Below are positions 17,660 through 26,463 of a stretch of DNA of 38,273 nt, one piece after another (positions within the stretch are counted from its first letter, which is position 1; the number at the start of each line of letters is the position of its first letter). The stretch spans positions 1 through 38,273 of the forward strand of contig JBAXBA010000031.1 in NCBI GenBank assembly GCA_037142195.1. Reading direction: 5' to 3'. The translations under genes and the position numbers were made by a program. The notes beneath the pieces were generated by a model. It was not told the DNA's origin, searched no databases, and saw nothing but the letters and a program-made list of their open reading frames with translations. Source of the stretch: Pseudomonadota bacterium (GTDB lineage Bacteria; Bdellovibrionota_B; Oligoflexia; Oligoflexales; CAIMVM01).

Positions 17660-18498
17660 TATTTGGTCCATGTAATGTCCTCCCTTACAACCTTTGCAGG
17701 GTTTCCCGCGACTATGGAATTTGGCGGAACGTGTCCCGTAACCACGCTGCCAGCTCCGACAATTGCTCCATCCCCTATGGATGCGCCTTTAAGAATCATG
17801 GCTCCAGTTCCAATCCAAACGCCCTTGCCGATGGAAATTTTTTGTACATCGCCGCCATAACGCTCCGCTAGTTGTGTTCCGTCCTTCTTGAAGACCGGGT
17901 GACCGTCATAGTCCATAATAAATACTCTTTGACCGATCATCGAACCATGCCCAATTGTAAGTCCGCTCCGGGAATTGATCATGGTATCGTTTGCGATAAC
18001 AACGTTGCATCCAATTTCGAGACTAACCCCAGCCCACAGCCTGAGGTAGCAACCACGGTATATGAGAGAATTTGGAGCTATTCGAAGCTTAGCCCCCCTT
18101 CGCAAAAAAATTCGGGTTTGATGGGTGACACTGGGACTTACGTAATCCCAATGCGGGTCAATTCCAATACCCGATGCATTTGGAAATCCACGAATAACTG
18201 GCGGCCCATGTTCTTTTGACTGCCCCTTCGCTAGGAAATCATGATCCCAGGGGGCGAGTTCAATACAAGCGTCTTTGCCCATAAAAATGGAAGCCATAGG
18301 ATCTAAAAAAAATGGACGTACATCTGTAATATAGTTAGCTCTGCCTCGGGCTACTTCTGTAGTGCCTCGAATCCACGCTGCTGTGCGAAAAGGCAGCGTA
18401 GACGCGGACTCGCAAAGTGCAATAATGCTTTCATTTGAAGTATTCTTTCGTATTGCTGATCCCAATTGGTTCAATGGCAATAGAAGCTTATCAATCAT
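17656..18498 (-). CDS. Hexapeptide-repeat (left-handed beta-helix) acyltransferase with N-terminal extension
   Basis: DYDGHP, IGKGVWIGTGAMILKGASIGDGAIVGAGSVV, VAGNPAKVVRE. Confidence 0.9.
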   Translation of the reverse strand: MIDKLLLPLNQLGSAIRKNTSNESIIALCESASTLPFRTAAWIRGTTEVARGRANYITDVRPFFLDPMASIFMGKDACIELAPWDHDFLAKGQSKEHGPPVIRGFPNASGIGIDPHWDYVSPSVTHQTRIFLRRGAKLRIAPNSLIYRGCYLRLWAGVSLEIGCNVVIANDTMINSRSGLTIGHGSMIGQRVFIMDYDGHPVFKKDGTQLAERYGGDVQKISIGKGVWIGTGAMILKGASIGDGAIVGAGSVVTGHVPPNSIVAGNPAKVVREDITWTKY

Positions 18499-18550
18499 TT
18501 ATTTAGGTTCCCCTTGGATTTTAATTGATGGACCTATCTTCGATTCTCGA

Positions 18551-19621
18551 TTATTTACATTCCCCAAGTCGAGATTTGAGTACATAGCCGTCGATGAGCT
18601 TGTACCAATCTCCCGCCATTCCGTATACCTTTTCGGTCTCGTCCATTTTAATATCACGCAAGACATCAGATTTGCGGTCTGTTAGGTTTGCGTATACTTT
18701 TGCAGAACCATCTCGTTCAACGTAGACAACTTTGCAGACTTTAATGTCACCTTGACCATCACTTGGAAGAAAGTTTTCAGGCACTTTAGGAATCAAAGTC
18801 TTTAACTGAACACGCGCTAGCTCATCAGATGCTGTGACGGTGGAAACTTTGGGAATTTGGGTAACATTCTTTACGCTCTGCATGGACTCGCCAACATTCA
18901 TATCTTTTTCAAAATAGTCGACAACCACGCGAATTCCCAATTTGCTCACGTTGCCAGAAAGAGTGTTTTTATTTCCTTCACTCTCTAGTGCTTTTACTTT
19001 TTTACTAAAATCACTGTAGGAATTTGACTTGTTCAATATGTCATGAAATAACCAACTAATTTTTTCATTGGGATTTCTCACACATCCACCGCTAACTCTT
19101 CTTGCGTCAGCTGTGGCTCTCTTTAACACGGACTCATTGCTATTTCCATGTAGGCCATAGGGACCACTAAACCAAAGAACATATTTCCCTAATGGGTTAT
19201 TAGCTCCGCATCCACCGTATATGCTGGGGTTCTCTTCAAAGACTCTCATGCGATTTACTTCATCTTCTACCGGCTTGCCTGTCTTAGGATCTACAGGATT
19301 TCTAGGCATCCACTGCGGACAACGTACAAAATCTTCCACAGAATAGACGCCAGGTGGTGTGAATTGGGGACGACCCTCATGCTGCTTTCCAGTGACATCG
19401 CCTGTGGCGACATTCCACTGGGCGACTACCACTCCATCATTGAGGTAGCTAAGGCGATTGGTAGTAAGGTTAACTCGTATAGCAAAAGGGCTCGTTAAAG
19501 AGTCATATACCAGAGATCGATCTTTAGCGCTCCCTAGCTTTCCATTTTCTGCAGACTTGGAATTAGGTACCGAACATGCACAAATCAGTAGGGATAAACT
19601 TGCTTTAATTTGCCATTTCAT
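18551..19621 (-). CDS. L,D-transpeptidase (YkuD family), probable lipoprotein, with C-terminal SH3b-like domain
   Basis: VATG, TPPG.Y, NPLG, YGLHG...SGGCVRN catalytic motif; LLICAC lipobox-like; C-terminal VYG..GDWYKL.DGYV. Confidence 0.87.
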   Translation of the reverse strand: MKWQIKASLSLLICACSVPNSKSAENGKLGSAKDRSLVYDSLTSPFAIRVNLTTNRLSYLNDGVVVAQWNVATGDVTGKQHEGRPQFTPPGVYSVEDFVRCPQWMPRNPVDPKTGKPVEDEVNRMRVFEENPSIYGGCGANNPLGKYVLWFSGPYGLHGNSNESVLKRATADARRVSGGCVRNPNEKISWLFHDILNKSNSYSDFSKKVKALESEGNKNTLSGNVSKLGIRVVVDYFEKDMNVGESMQSVKNVTQIPKVSTVTASDELARVQLKTLIPKVPENFLPSDGQGDIKVCKVVYVERDGSAKVYANLTDRKSDVLRDIKMDETEKVYGMAGDWYKLIDGYVLKSRLGECK

Positions 19622-19674
19622 GATTGAGATCTCCTTTTGAGCCTAGCTGCGAGCTTGCTATCAGGTAGGTCTTA

Positions 19675-19690
19675 AGCAATTCTGACGCCA
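19675..19690 (-). promoter_or_regulatory. Putative sigma54 (-24/-12) promoter of the L,D-transpeptidase gene
   Basis: Minus strand TGGCGT-CAGAA-TTGCT (GG-N10-GC), about 54 nt upstream of ATG with RBS AAGGAG. Confidence 0.6.
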
Positions 19691-19847
19691 TAAACACAAG
19701 TCAATAATTACAGTTACTTATAAAGTTTGAGCTGGCTGTTTATTTTTCAAAGTGGCATAAAACTGACGCCTATTGAGGAGATAGGAGGTGTTTCTAGGGA
19801 TTCGCAGAAAGTCCCCATACAAATAACTCAAAAGGGGCTGAAGTCAT

Positions 19848-20903
19848 TTGAAGAAGGTTGCAATCATTGGTGGTGGAGTCGTGGGACTTGCCGCTGCAAA
19901 GAAACTTGCCGATGCCGGCTATCGAACTACGCTTTTTACATATGGTAAGGGCGCTTCGTCCGTAGCCCCTGGCGTCAATTCTATCAAGGGACTTTTTAAA
20001 GGGAACTCACCTCTTTTTAGGCTGAAGATATCTGGTCACCACCAATTGTGGAAAGAACTCACCGAATTAGAACAATCATCTCAGTCATGCCTAGATTTAA
20101 GAAGATCCATCCTGGAACCTTTTAAGTCCCAAGGTGAATTCGCAAAGCTCGCGGAGCGGGCTTATCATGGTCGTTTTTGGGGACTCTTTGGAATCCAAGT
20201 CATACCCCGTCAGGAATCCCTGGCAGGTCTCCATTCTGATTTCCAGGGGGCTCTCTGTTATCCGGATGACTTTTCCTTCGACACGGAGAAAACACTTGAT
20301 GCCTTGCTTCAAGTGTATCTGAAAAAAGGAGGCGAGCAATTTGTGAAACAGGTTTCCTCAATGGAAACTAGAGACGACTCTTTTGTCTTACACACTGCAT
20401 GTGGCAGCCAATATTCCTTTGAGGAAGTGATCTTTGCTACCGGAGCTTCCACACCCTTTCTTCTTAAAGCCTCGGGGATGCCTTTAGATGGTTTTACCTT
20501 AAAAGCAGGCGTCGGTTTACAGGCAAAAAGCAACTTGATGACCTCAGTGAAGCGAGGACAAACAAGTCTCAATGCCAACGGTAAGCAATTAAAGTTTGGG
20601 GCGAAGGACTTCAGAGTGTCGTCTTATGTAGATAAAGAGGACTTTGAAGAAAAATATCATCAAGAAATAGAGACCGGTTTTAGGAAACTACTTGATGATC
20701 TTAAAGATCTTTCCCCCATTTTTTCAGACGCTTTCCCTCTAGCTGGAGTTCGCCTTAATGGGCCAGGACGCTCTCCTTTTGTAGGAAGATATTCAAACGA
20801 AGAAAGACGGGGGCCTCTTATCGCAGCTGGATTTCATAAAAGTGCTTGGAGCCTTGCCTGGAGTGCAGCAGATATCTTGCTCGATCTGATAGAAAAGTCA
20901 TAA
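19848..20903 (+). CDS. FAD-dependent oxidoreductase, DAO/glycine oxidase family
   Basis: IIGGGVVG Rossmann motif, GASSVAPG, VIFATG, AGVR, PFVG, AGFHKSAW. Confidence 0.85.
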   Translation: MKKVAIIGGGVVGLAAAKKLADAGYRTTLFTYGKGASSVAPGVNSIKGLFKGNSPLFRLKISGHHQLWKELTELEQSSQSCLDLRRSILEPFKSQGEFAKLAERAYHGRFWGLFGIQVIPRQESLAGLHSDFQGALCYPDDFSFDTEKTLDALLQVYLKKGGEQFVKQVSSMETRDDSFVLHTACGSQYSFEEVIFATGASTPFLLKASGMPLDGFTLKAGVGLQAKSNLMTSVKRGQTSLNANGKQLKFGAKDFRVSSYVDKEDFEEKYHQEIETGFRKLLDDLKDLSPIFSDAFPLAGVRLNGPGRSPFVGRYSNEERRGPLIAAGFHKSAWSLAWSAADILLDLIEKS

Positions 20904-21080
20904 CTATTTACAGTTTTTGCAGCCACGACTTAGCATTTTGAGACCAAATTTAGAAATCCACTTCCTCTTCGATTTCCTTAAATAGTTCCCAAGCTTGATA
21001 TTCCAGCTGGAAGGCATTTTCTGCAAGACTAAGTAGGACAGTGCTCCTAACACCAAAAGCCATGTAAGAAAAATTTGCAT
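20904..21080 (-). CDS. Small FeoB-associated membrane protein with C-terminal CxxC (58 aa)
   Basis: ATG overlaps the feoB stop (TGATG); MQIFLTWLLVLGALSYLV TM helix; ends GCKNCK. Confidence 0.7.
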   Translation of the reverse strand: MQIFLTWLLVLGALSYLVLQKMPSSWNIKLGNYLRKSKRKWISKFGLKMLSRGCKNCK

Positions 21081-22919
21081 CAACTTAAAATCCAGCTTGA
21101 AATAGAGAACACTGCGAAAGCCGCCAACCAGGCAAGGGCAAGATAGAAGACAAAAATGCCCGAAGTTTTGCTCCAAGACCTTGATTCTCGCCCAAGTACA
21201 GCAAAGGTGGCGAGACACTGAGGGGAAAATATATACCAGGCCAAAAGTGCATAAGCCGTCGAAGGCGCCCACTTTTCTCGGACAAAACTGCTCAAGTTCG
21301 CCCCTTTACTTTCTTCGGACTCTCCCCCAATGGCATAGACTGTTCCTAAAGCACTTACCATGACCTCTCGAGCGGCAAAACCGGGAATAAGTGCGACAGA
21401 AATTTCATAATTGAATCCAAGCGGTCTTAATACTGGTTCAATAACAGTTCCAAGTCTTCCGGCAATAGAATATTCAATGTCAGTTCCAGATCTACCTTCA
21501 GGTTTTCTAGGAAATGTCGTTACTGCCCACATCACAATGGAAACAGCTAGGATAAATGTTCCTGCGCGCTTTAAAAACATACGAGCTCTATCTAAGATAG
21601 ATATGCCAAGCAATTTTAAAGAGGGCCATTTATAACGAGGAAGTTCGATCAATAAAGGTTGCGCCTCTCCTGGCAATACGGTTGCCTTTAGAACAAATCC
21701 TACCGCCAGCACTGCCAAAACTCCGCCCACGTAGAGCAGTAGCATCACTACACCTTGCTGATTCATTCCAAGGAACTGCTTCGCGGGAATAAAAGCTGCA
21801 ATTAAAAGCGCATAGACAGGAAGTCGCGCCGAACATGTCATTAAGGGCCAGCATCATGGTAAGCAAACGGTCCCGCTTAGAAGGAATGGACCTAGTAGCC
21901 AAGATCGAAGGTACGGCACAAGCTAAACCAGAGACTAAGGGAATGACGGCTTTTCCAGAAAGTCCGACAGTCCCCATAATACGGTCCATAAGATATGAGG
22001 CCCGTGCCATGTAGCCAAAATCTTCTAAAAAGAGAATGAAAGAAAACAAAATTACGATTTGGGGCAAAAACACTATAACACTGCCAACTCCCCCAATAAT
22101 TCCATCGACTAGTAAATCTCTTAGAAGACCCTCAGGCATCAAAGTTGAAATAAGCTCCGATATCTTACTCACAAAACCTTCAATAAGATCCATAGGGAAA
22201 GCTGCCCAAGCAAAAACTGCTTGAAAAATAAGAGCTAAAGCCGCCAATAGAATCAAGGGTCCATAAACTGGGTGAAGTACGTATTTATCAACTCGAGCCG
22301 TAAGTTCGGAGTGTCGCCCTTTAGTTTCCGTGCAGCTTAAGACGATCTTATGAACCAGCTCACCTTTGCTATTAAGATCATTCCAATCAAGTTCTTTTGA
22401 AGTTTGGGGAGTCGAAATGCTACTTTTAATCGCGTTGGAAAGTTTATCTAAACCCCATTTTTTAGTCGCACTAATAGCCACAACAGGAACACCAAGTTCT
22501 CTTGCAAGAGTATCTACATTAATGACGGCGCCACTAGATTCTGCAAGATCCATCATATTTAAAACAACCACGACAGGGCTTCCTAGCCTTAACAGATCCA
22601 GAGTCAATCCGAGCCCAAGTTCCAATTGAGTGGCGTCTAAAACGTTGATGATAAGCTGTGGCTTTAGCTGTCCAGATGCTCCACTTAAAAGATCACTTGT
22701 AATAGCTTCATCGTCTGATACCGGACTTAATGAGTAGGTCCCTGGCAAGTCGATCAAGACACAATTTCCACCATAGGTTTTGGAAAGTTCAGATTTGACA
22801 ACTTCCACGGTAACCCCAGGATAGTTCGCTACCTTATTACGAAGTCCCGTTAAGGTATTAAAGAGAGCTGTTTTGCCACAATTCGGGTTGCCTACTAAGG
22901 CAACTAATGATTCGGCCAT
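21080..22919 (-). pseudogene. feoB: Ferrous iron transporter FeoB, frameshifted near 21845 (about 613 aa when repaired); may be a sequencing error
   Basis: GNPNCGKT, ANYPGVTV, DLPGTYSL, NMMD, FLPQI, GYMARA, CAVP in one frame; MTCSARLPVY, ELPRY, AAREV, PQCLAT in the next. Confidence 0.9.
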
Positions 22920-22920
22920 C

Positions 22921-23139
22921 CTAAATTACCTCAATATGATTCAATAGAAAGCGACGAACAGCGATACGAACACCATTTATCTCAACAACCAGCGGATCTT
23001 TGGAAAATGGCGCCTCTTCCACAATTTCATAATGGGCGCCCACTTTAAAGCCTAGTTCCACCAGCCGAACTTCTTCAGGTGATTGGGGTTGAAACTTAGA
23101 AATCTGTCCACTATCACCCTTTTTGGCGTCACTTAACAT
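22921..23139 (-). CDS. feoA: Ferrous iron transport protein FeoA
   Basis: 72 aa; RLVELGF..G...IVEEAPFSKDPLVVEING.RIAVRR; 1 nt before feoB. Confidence 0.92.
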   Translation of the reverse strand: MLSDAKKGDSGQISKFQPQSPEEVRLVELGFKVGAHYEIVEEAPFSKDPLVVEINGVRIAVRRFLLNHIEVI

Positions 23140-23180
23140 GTTTTAGCTCCTGAAAGTGCCTACTTCCGTTTGATATTTCA

Positions 23181-23199
23181 GTTGAGAATGATTGTCAAT
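23181..23199. promoter_or_regulatory. Fur box upstream of feoA
   Basis: TTGAGAAT-G-ATTGTCAA, an 8-1-8 palindrome with one mismatch fitting the 7-1-7 TGATAAT-n-ATTATCA Fur consensus; 42-60 nt upstream of feoA. Confidence 0.85.
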
Positions 23200-23261
23200 A
23201 AGAAATCTTTACACATCTTTGCCCAAGAATCTCTCGCCAGGCCGGACAGGGAGTTCTTTTC

Positions 23262-23292
23262 AAAATAAAAAAATCCCCGCCGAGGCAGGGGA
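23262..23292 (-). terminator. Rho-independent terminator after the 23316-24452 gene
   Basis: Minus strand TCCCCTGCC-TC-GGCGGGGA followed by a T-rich tail. Confidence 0.8.
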
Positions 23293-23315
23293 AGATATTA
23301 AGGATTTTTATTCGG

Positions 23316-24452
23316 CTATTTGCAGATCACACTGTTGACCTTAACTGCAGAGGCCGGAGAAACCGTCTTACCTGTAAGGTCAAGAGGTATGGATACCAGG
23401 CCAAGCTTAATGGAACCTTTATCTCCCGCAAAAGTCATTTCTTGTAGCGCGCCTAGGTCTGTTCCGTATCCAAACAATTTCACCTTTGTTGTAGCTCCCA
23501 CCAAACTTGCACTACCTACACCAGACGTGCCTGCGATGTTTAGATTTGTATTTATGGTACCTAGTAGAGGAACGTTTGAGAGATTTACTTTGCAGGTCTT
23601 CGGTGCGTTCAAAATAATAGTGACAGGATTTGCACCGACGCCACCAAGCTTAATTGCCGTAATCGAGGGAGCCAGTGAATCTGCGGCTAGGTCCAGTATG
23701 CTATTTTGAGCTAAGCTCTTTATAATTTTCATGACAGACTGTACTTGGATATTAGTAACAACCAAAGAGACGCTCTTCTGCCAGTTCACCTTTGAGTCAT
23801 TGACAATGTCAGACATACCTTTAATCATCATTCCTGGGCTTAAATTACCATCCACTTGATTGGAATTAGCGGCGATAAACGAAAAAGGAACATTAGTTAC
23901 GAGACCCGAAGTTGTCTCGAAACCCAAAAATCCAGGAGATGAAAAGTTTATACCCGTTAAGGCCTCTGTTTGACCGCTAGGGAACTTAAGACTGGCACCG
24001 GTAAGATTGATGCGCCTTGAACCTACCGTCGCTTTAATGGCGCTTCCCATGAAACTGAGTCCATTGATGTCAAACGTTTTGTTCGAGCGATTGATTAAAC
24101 TAAAAATACCAGCTCCATAGGTTACTTGCTCCCATGGGAGCTTTTCAAGTACTCCAAATATAGCTGCCCCACCGAAATTCTTTATAAAATTCTTTACCGA
24201 TGGTGCCTCGTATTGAGCCCTCGAAAAATCAAGTCCACCACCTGACTTCGAAAGCTCCTGAAAGATATCCAAAGATCCGTTCCAGAATTTCGCGTCAGCT
24301 GCAGTTCCCGTAGAATTGCAAGCCTGAAGGTTTTTTGCTGCGCACCACTGGGCAAAGGTCAAGGAAGCTTGATTCTCTTTTGAGAGAGGTTGATCCACAC
24401 TACAGGAAGCCAAACTAAAAGAAAGAAGCGCCACAATGGACTTACCTAACAT
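23316..24452 (-). CDS. Hypothetical lipoprotein, beta-rich, apparently two related halves
   Basis: Long ORF; MLGKSIVALLSFSLASC lipobox; start placed at ATG 24452 behind GGGGGT. Confidence 0.8.
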   Translation of the reverse strand: MLGKSIVALLSFSLASCSVDQPLSKENQASLTFAQWCAAKNLQACNSTGTAADAKFWNGSLDIFQELSKSGGGLDFSRAQYEAPSVKNFIKNFGGAAIFGVLEKLPWEQVTYGAGIFSLINRSNKTFDINGLSFMGSAIKATVGSRRINLTGASLKFPSGQTEALTGINFSSPGFLGFETTSGLVTNVPFSFIAANSNQVDGNLSPGMMIKGMSDIVNDSKVNWQKSVSLVVTNIQVQSVMKIIKSLAQNSILDLAADSLAPSITAIKLGGVGANPVTIILNAPKTCKVNLSNVPLLGTINTNLNIAGTSGVGSASLVGATTKVKLFGYGTDLGALQEMTFAGDKGSIKLGLVSIPLDLTGKTVSPASAVKVNSVICK

Positions 24453-24510
24453 GAAAACCCCCCAATACAACAATTAATGCGATACCCCACATGGGGCTCT
24501 ATGAACTTAG

Positions 24511-24527
24511 AGCAGAAAATGTGCCAA
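24511..24527 (-). promoter_or_regulatory. Putative sigma54 promoter of the lipoprotein gene
   Basis: Minus strand TTGGCAC-ATTTT-CTGCT (GG-N10-GC), about 59 nt upstream of the ATG. Confidence 0.65.
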
Positions 24528-24601
24528 TAGAATAAAGGGGAAATGAGAAGTATAACCCACGATATCTATTGACTCTCTTCGAAGAGAATTCAGGGACTGA
24601 G

Positions 24602-24612
24602 CCCCCCCCCCT
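24602..24612. repeat. C11 homopolymer tract in the divergent intergenic region
   Basis: Read directly. Confidence 0.95.
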
Positions 24613-24990
24613 GATTTATTCCTCAACAAACTGCCAACGCTTTTTACAACCTCCTTCTTTCTTCGACTCAGAAAATCCTCGCTATGCGCCAGTGGATCCC
24701 AAATATAAAACTCCTCTGTGTATGGGCTAGAGCCGCAAAGCTACTGATAAATTTCAGTCGAATAGGACCCACACACAGTCAAGCGTAACCCCATCTAGGC
24801 ACATAACCGCCGAGAAAAACTTCCGAATAGGCCAAAACGCAAAGACCCTGAGGCTCCAAACTATGCCTCAAGCTAAAAATTGCGAAGAGTGGAAGGAACA
24901 TCATGTTTATATTGAAGATAAAGACGCAAAAAACATTCTCTTTAGGCCCCTCTTTAATCGCCGAATCTACTGTAGGGAGGATGTCAACTC

Positions 24991-25917
24991 ATGATTAATC
25001 TACGTAATTTAGCTATATATTTATCAACATTCTTTATGATCTTGTCGTGTTCAGAAACCACTGATACCGAAAAGCGTACGGACGGCACTAGTGTAAATCC
25101 CTATTCTGGCGTCACATCTGAATCGACTCCGTCAGATATCAGTGGAGCCTGGTTAGTCAGGTGCGATATCGAGACTCTAGGAAGTGCCGTTGCCAACGAA
25201 AAAGACTCCGTCTATTGCCGCACCAATGATGAAAGTGGAAAGAAATCTCCTAGAGAAATCAGTTTCCTAGATTCGGCAATGGCAGCAGTTAAGGACTTCA
25301 TAAAAGAAACTCAAGCAGATGATTCGATCTATACTGTGAAGTATCAATTTCCTGCGGAAACCATCAAAAGCTATAGCGACCTTATTTCTCCTGATAAGGT
25401 AGCTGATCTGAATTACAGAGTTATTGATAAGTCAAAATTTAATTGGTCCGCAATAACGGATCCCATTAATAGCGATCAAATCCAGGAATTACTTACCGCT
25501 TACAGCACTAAAATAAATGAGATTGACGAAATTTTCTGCGATGCAAATGGTGTCCTAAAAAGCGACTTCCTCATCGCGTCTGGCCTAGGATCTCTTAATA
25601 GGTCCGCAGCTGTGGTGGCAGAATCGAACTCCTGTTTTGTTTCCACAGATGTATTAACTGATATTAAAAAAATAGACAGTGTATTTAAAGATAAATTGGT
25701 GAGCGGAGCCAAAGGCACTGGATGTCAGGTTGCCGTTTTGTACAATAGCGTTTCCCTAGATGGAAAATTCAGGTTCGCTATTTTGAATAAAGCTAGAGTC
25801 GCATCTAGTTTCAAATCTCCAAACGACATGACTTTGCCTCGCTTAAATAGCGCAGCCTATGCTGGTCAATGCGGTTTCCCCTCCGGTATCACCGCCAAAA
25901 TCAAAGCTGCTAACTAA
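24991..25917 (+). CDS. Hypothetical Cys-containing lipoprotein
   Basis: RBS GGGAGG; FFMILSC lipobox; Ser/Thr-rich linker; six further Cys. Confidence 0.8.
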   Translation: MINLRNLAIYLSTFFMILSCSETTDTEKRTDGTSVNPYSGVTSESTPSDISGAWLVRCDIETLGSAVANEKDSVYCRTNDESGKKSPREISFLDSAMAAVKDFIKETQADDSIYTVKYQFPAETIKSYSDLISPDKVADLNYRVIDKSKFNWSAITDPINSDQIQELLTAYSTKINEIDEIFCDANGVLKSDFLIASGLGSLNRSAAVVAESNSCFVSTDVLTDIKKIDSVFKDKLVSGAKGTGCQVAVLYNSVSLDGKFRFAILNKARVASSFKSPNDMTLPRLNSAAYAGQCGFPSGITAKIKAAN

Positions 25918-26031
25918 ATGCGAATACTCATTCAGAGGTGCTCTTCTCAGGTTGGAAGTAAAGGGAGGCGCCTACCCGTGAAAGTTTGATGTCTTCAAAT
26001 TTCCCTACTTGACCGACGAGACAACTGAGGG

Positions 26032-26069
26032 AAAAAAATTCCGACCTCATAGGGTTGGAATTTAATTTT
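26032..26069. terminator. Possible bidirectional intrinsic terminator
   Basis: AAATTCCGACC-TCATAG-GGTTGGAATTT stem with an A run before and a T-rich run after. Confidence 0.55.
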
Positions 26070-26463
26070 GTTCTAGCATACTTTTAAATAAACCCGGGAA
26101 ACAAGAAAGTGTTGCTTCCACGGAATTCTCTTATTGCCAGCAAGTTACTAGCAAGGTTGATGGCCGCACCCCTGCCCATGCCCTACCGCACAGGATATTG
26201 ATAGGGACAAGAGCCTCTCGCCTGCGGGTAGCTTTGGCTTCCCGAGCGGTGTAGACATATTGATCAACTGACTCTCAAAGTTGTTTGAAAACCACCACCT
26301 GGCCTCTCTTAAAGGTGGCATTAGACGTGGCTTGCTTTGTCACTCTTTCTGAGCAATGGGTAATCTTCCGCTCCCTTCCCGCCAAAAACGCGGATCACTT
26401 TAAATCTCTGGCAAATTCATGCAGAAAGCATTACATAAAGGAAATACATAAGGCGGAAATGAC

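Noticed and set aside
24700..24940. c-di-GMP-I riboswitch suggested by three CGCAAA motifs
   Set aside because: The GGCAAA...GAAA tetraloop stem and tetraloop receptor could not be built; an Rfam scan would settle it
24863..24994. 43-aa ORF (MPQAKNCEEW...) overlapping the lipoprotein start
   Set aside because: No RBS or recognisable motif; the downstream gene has its own strong RBS
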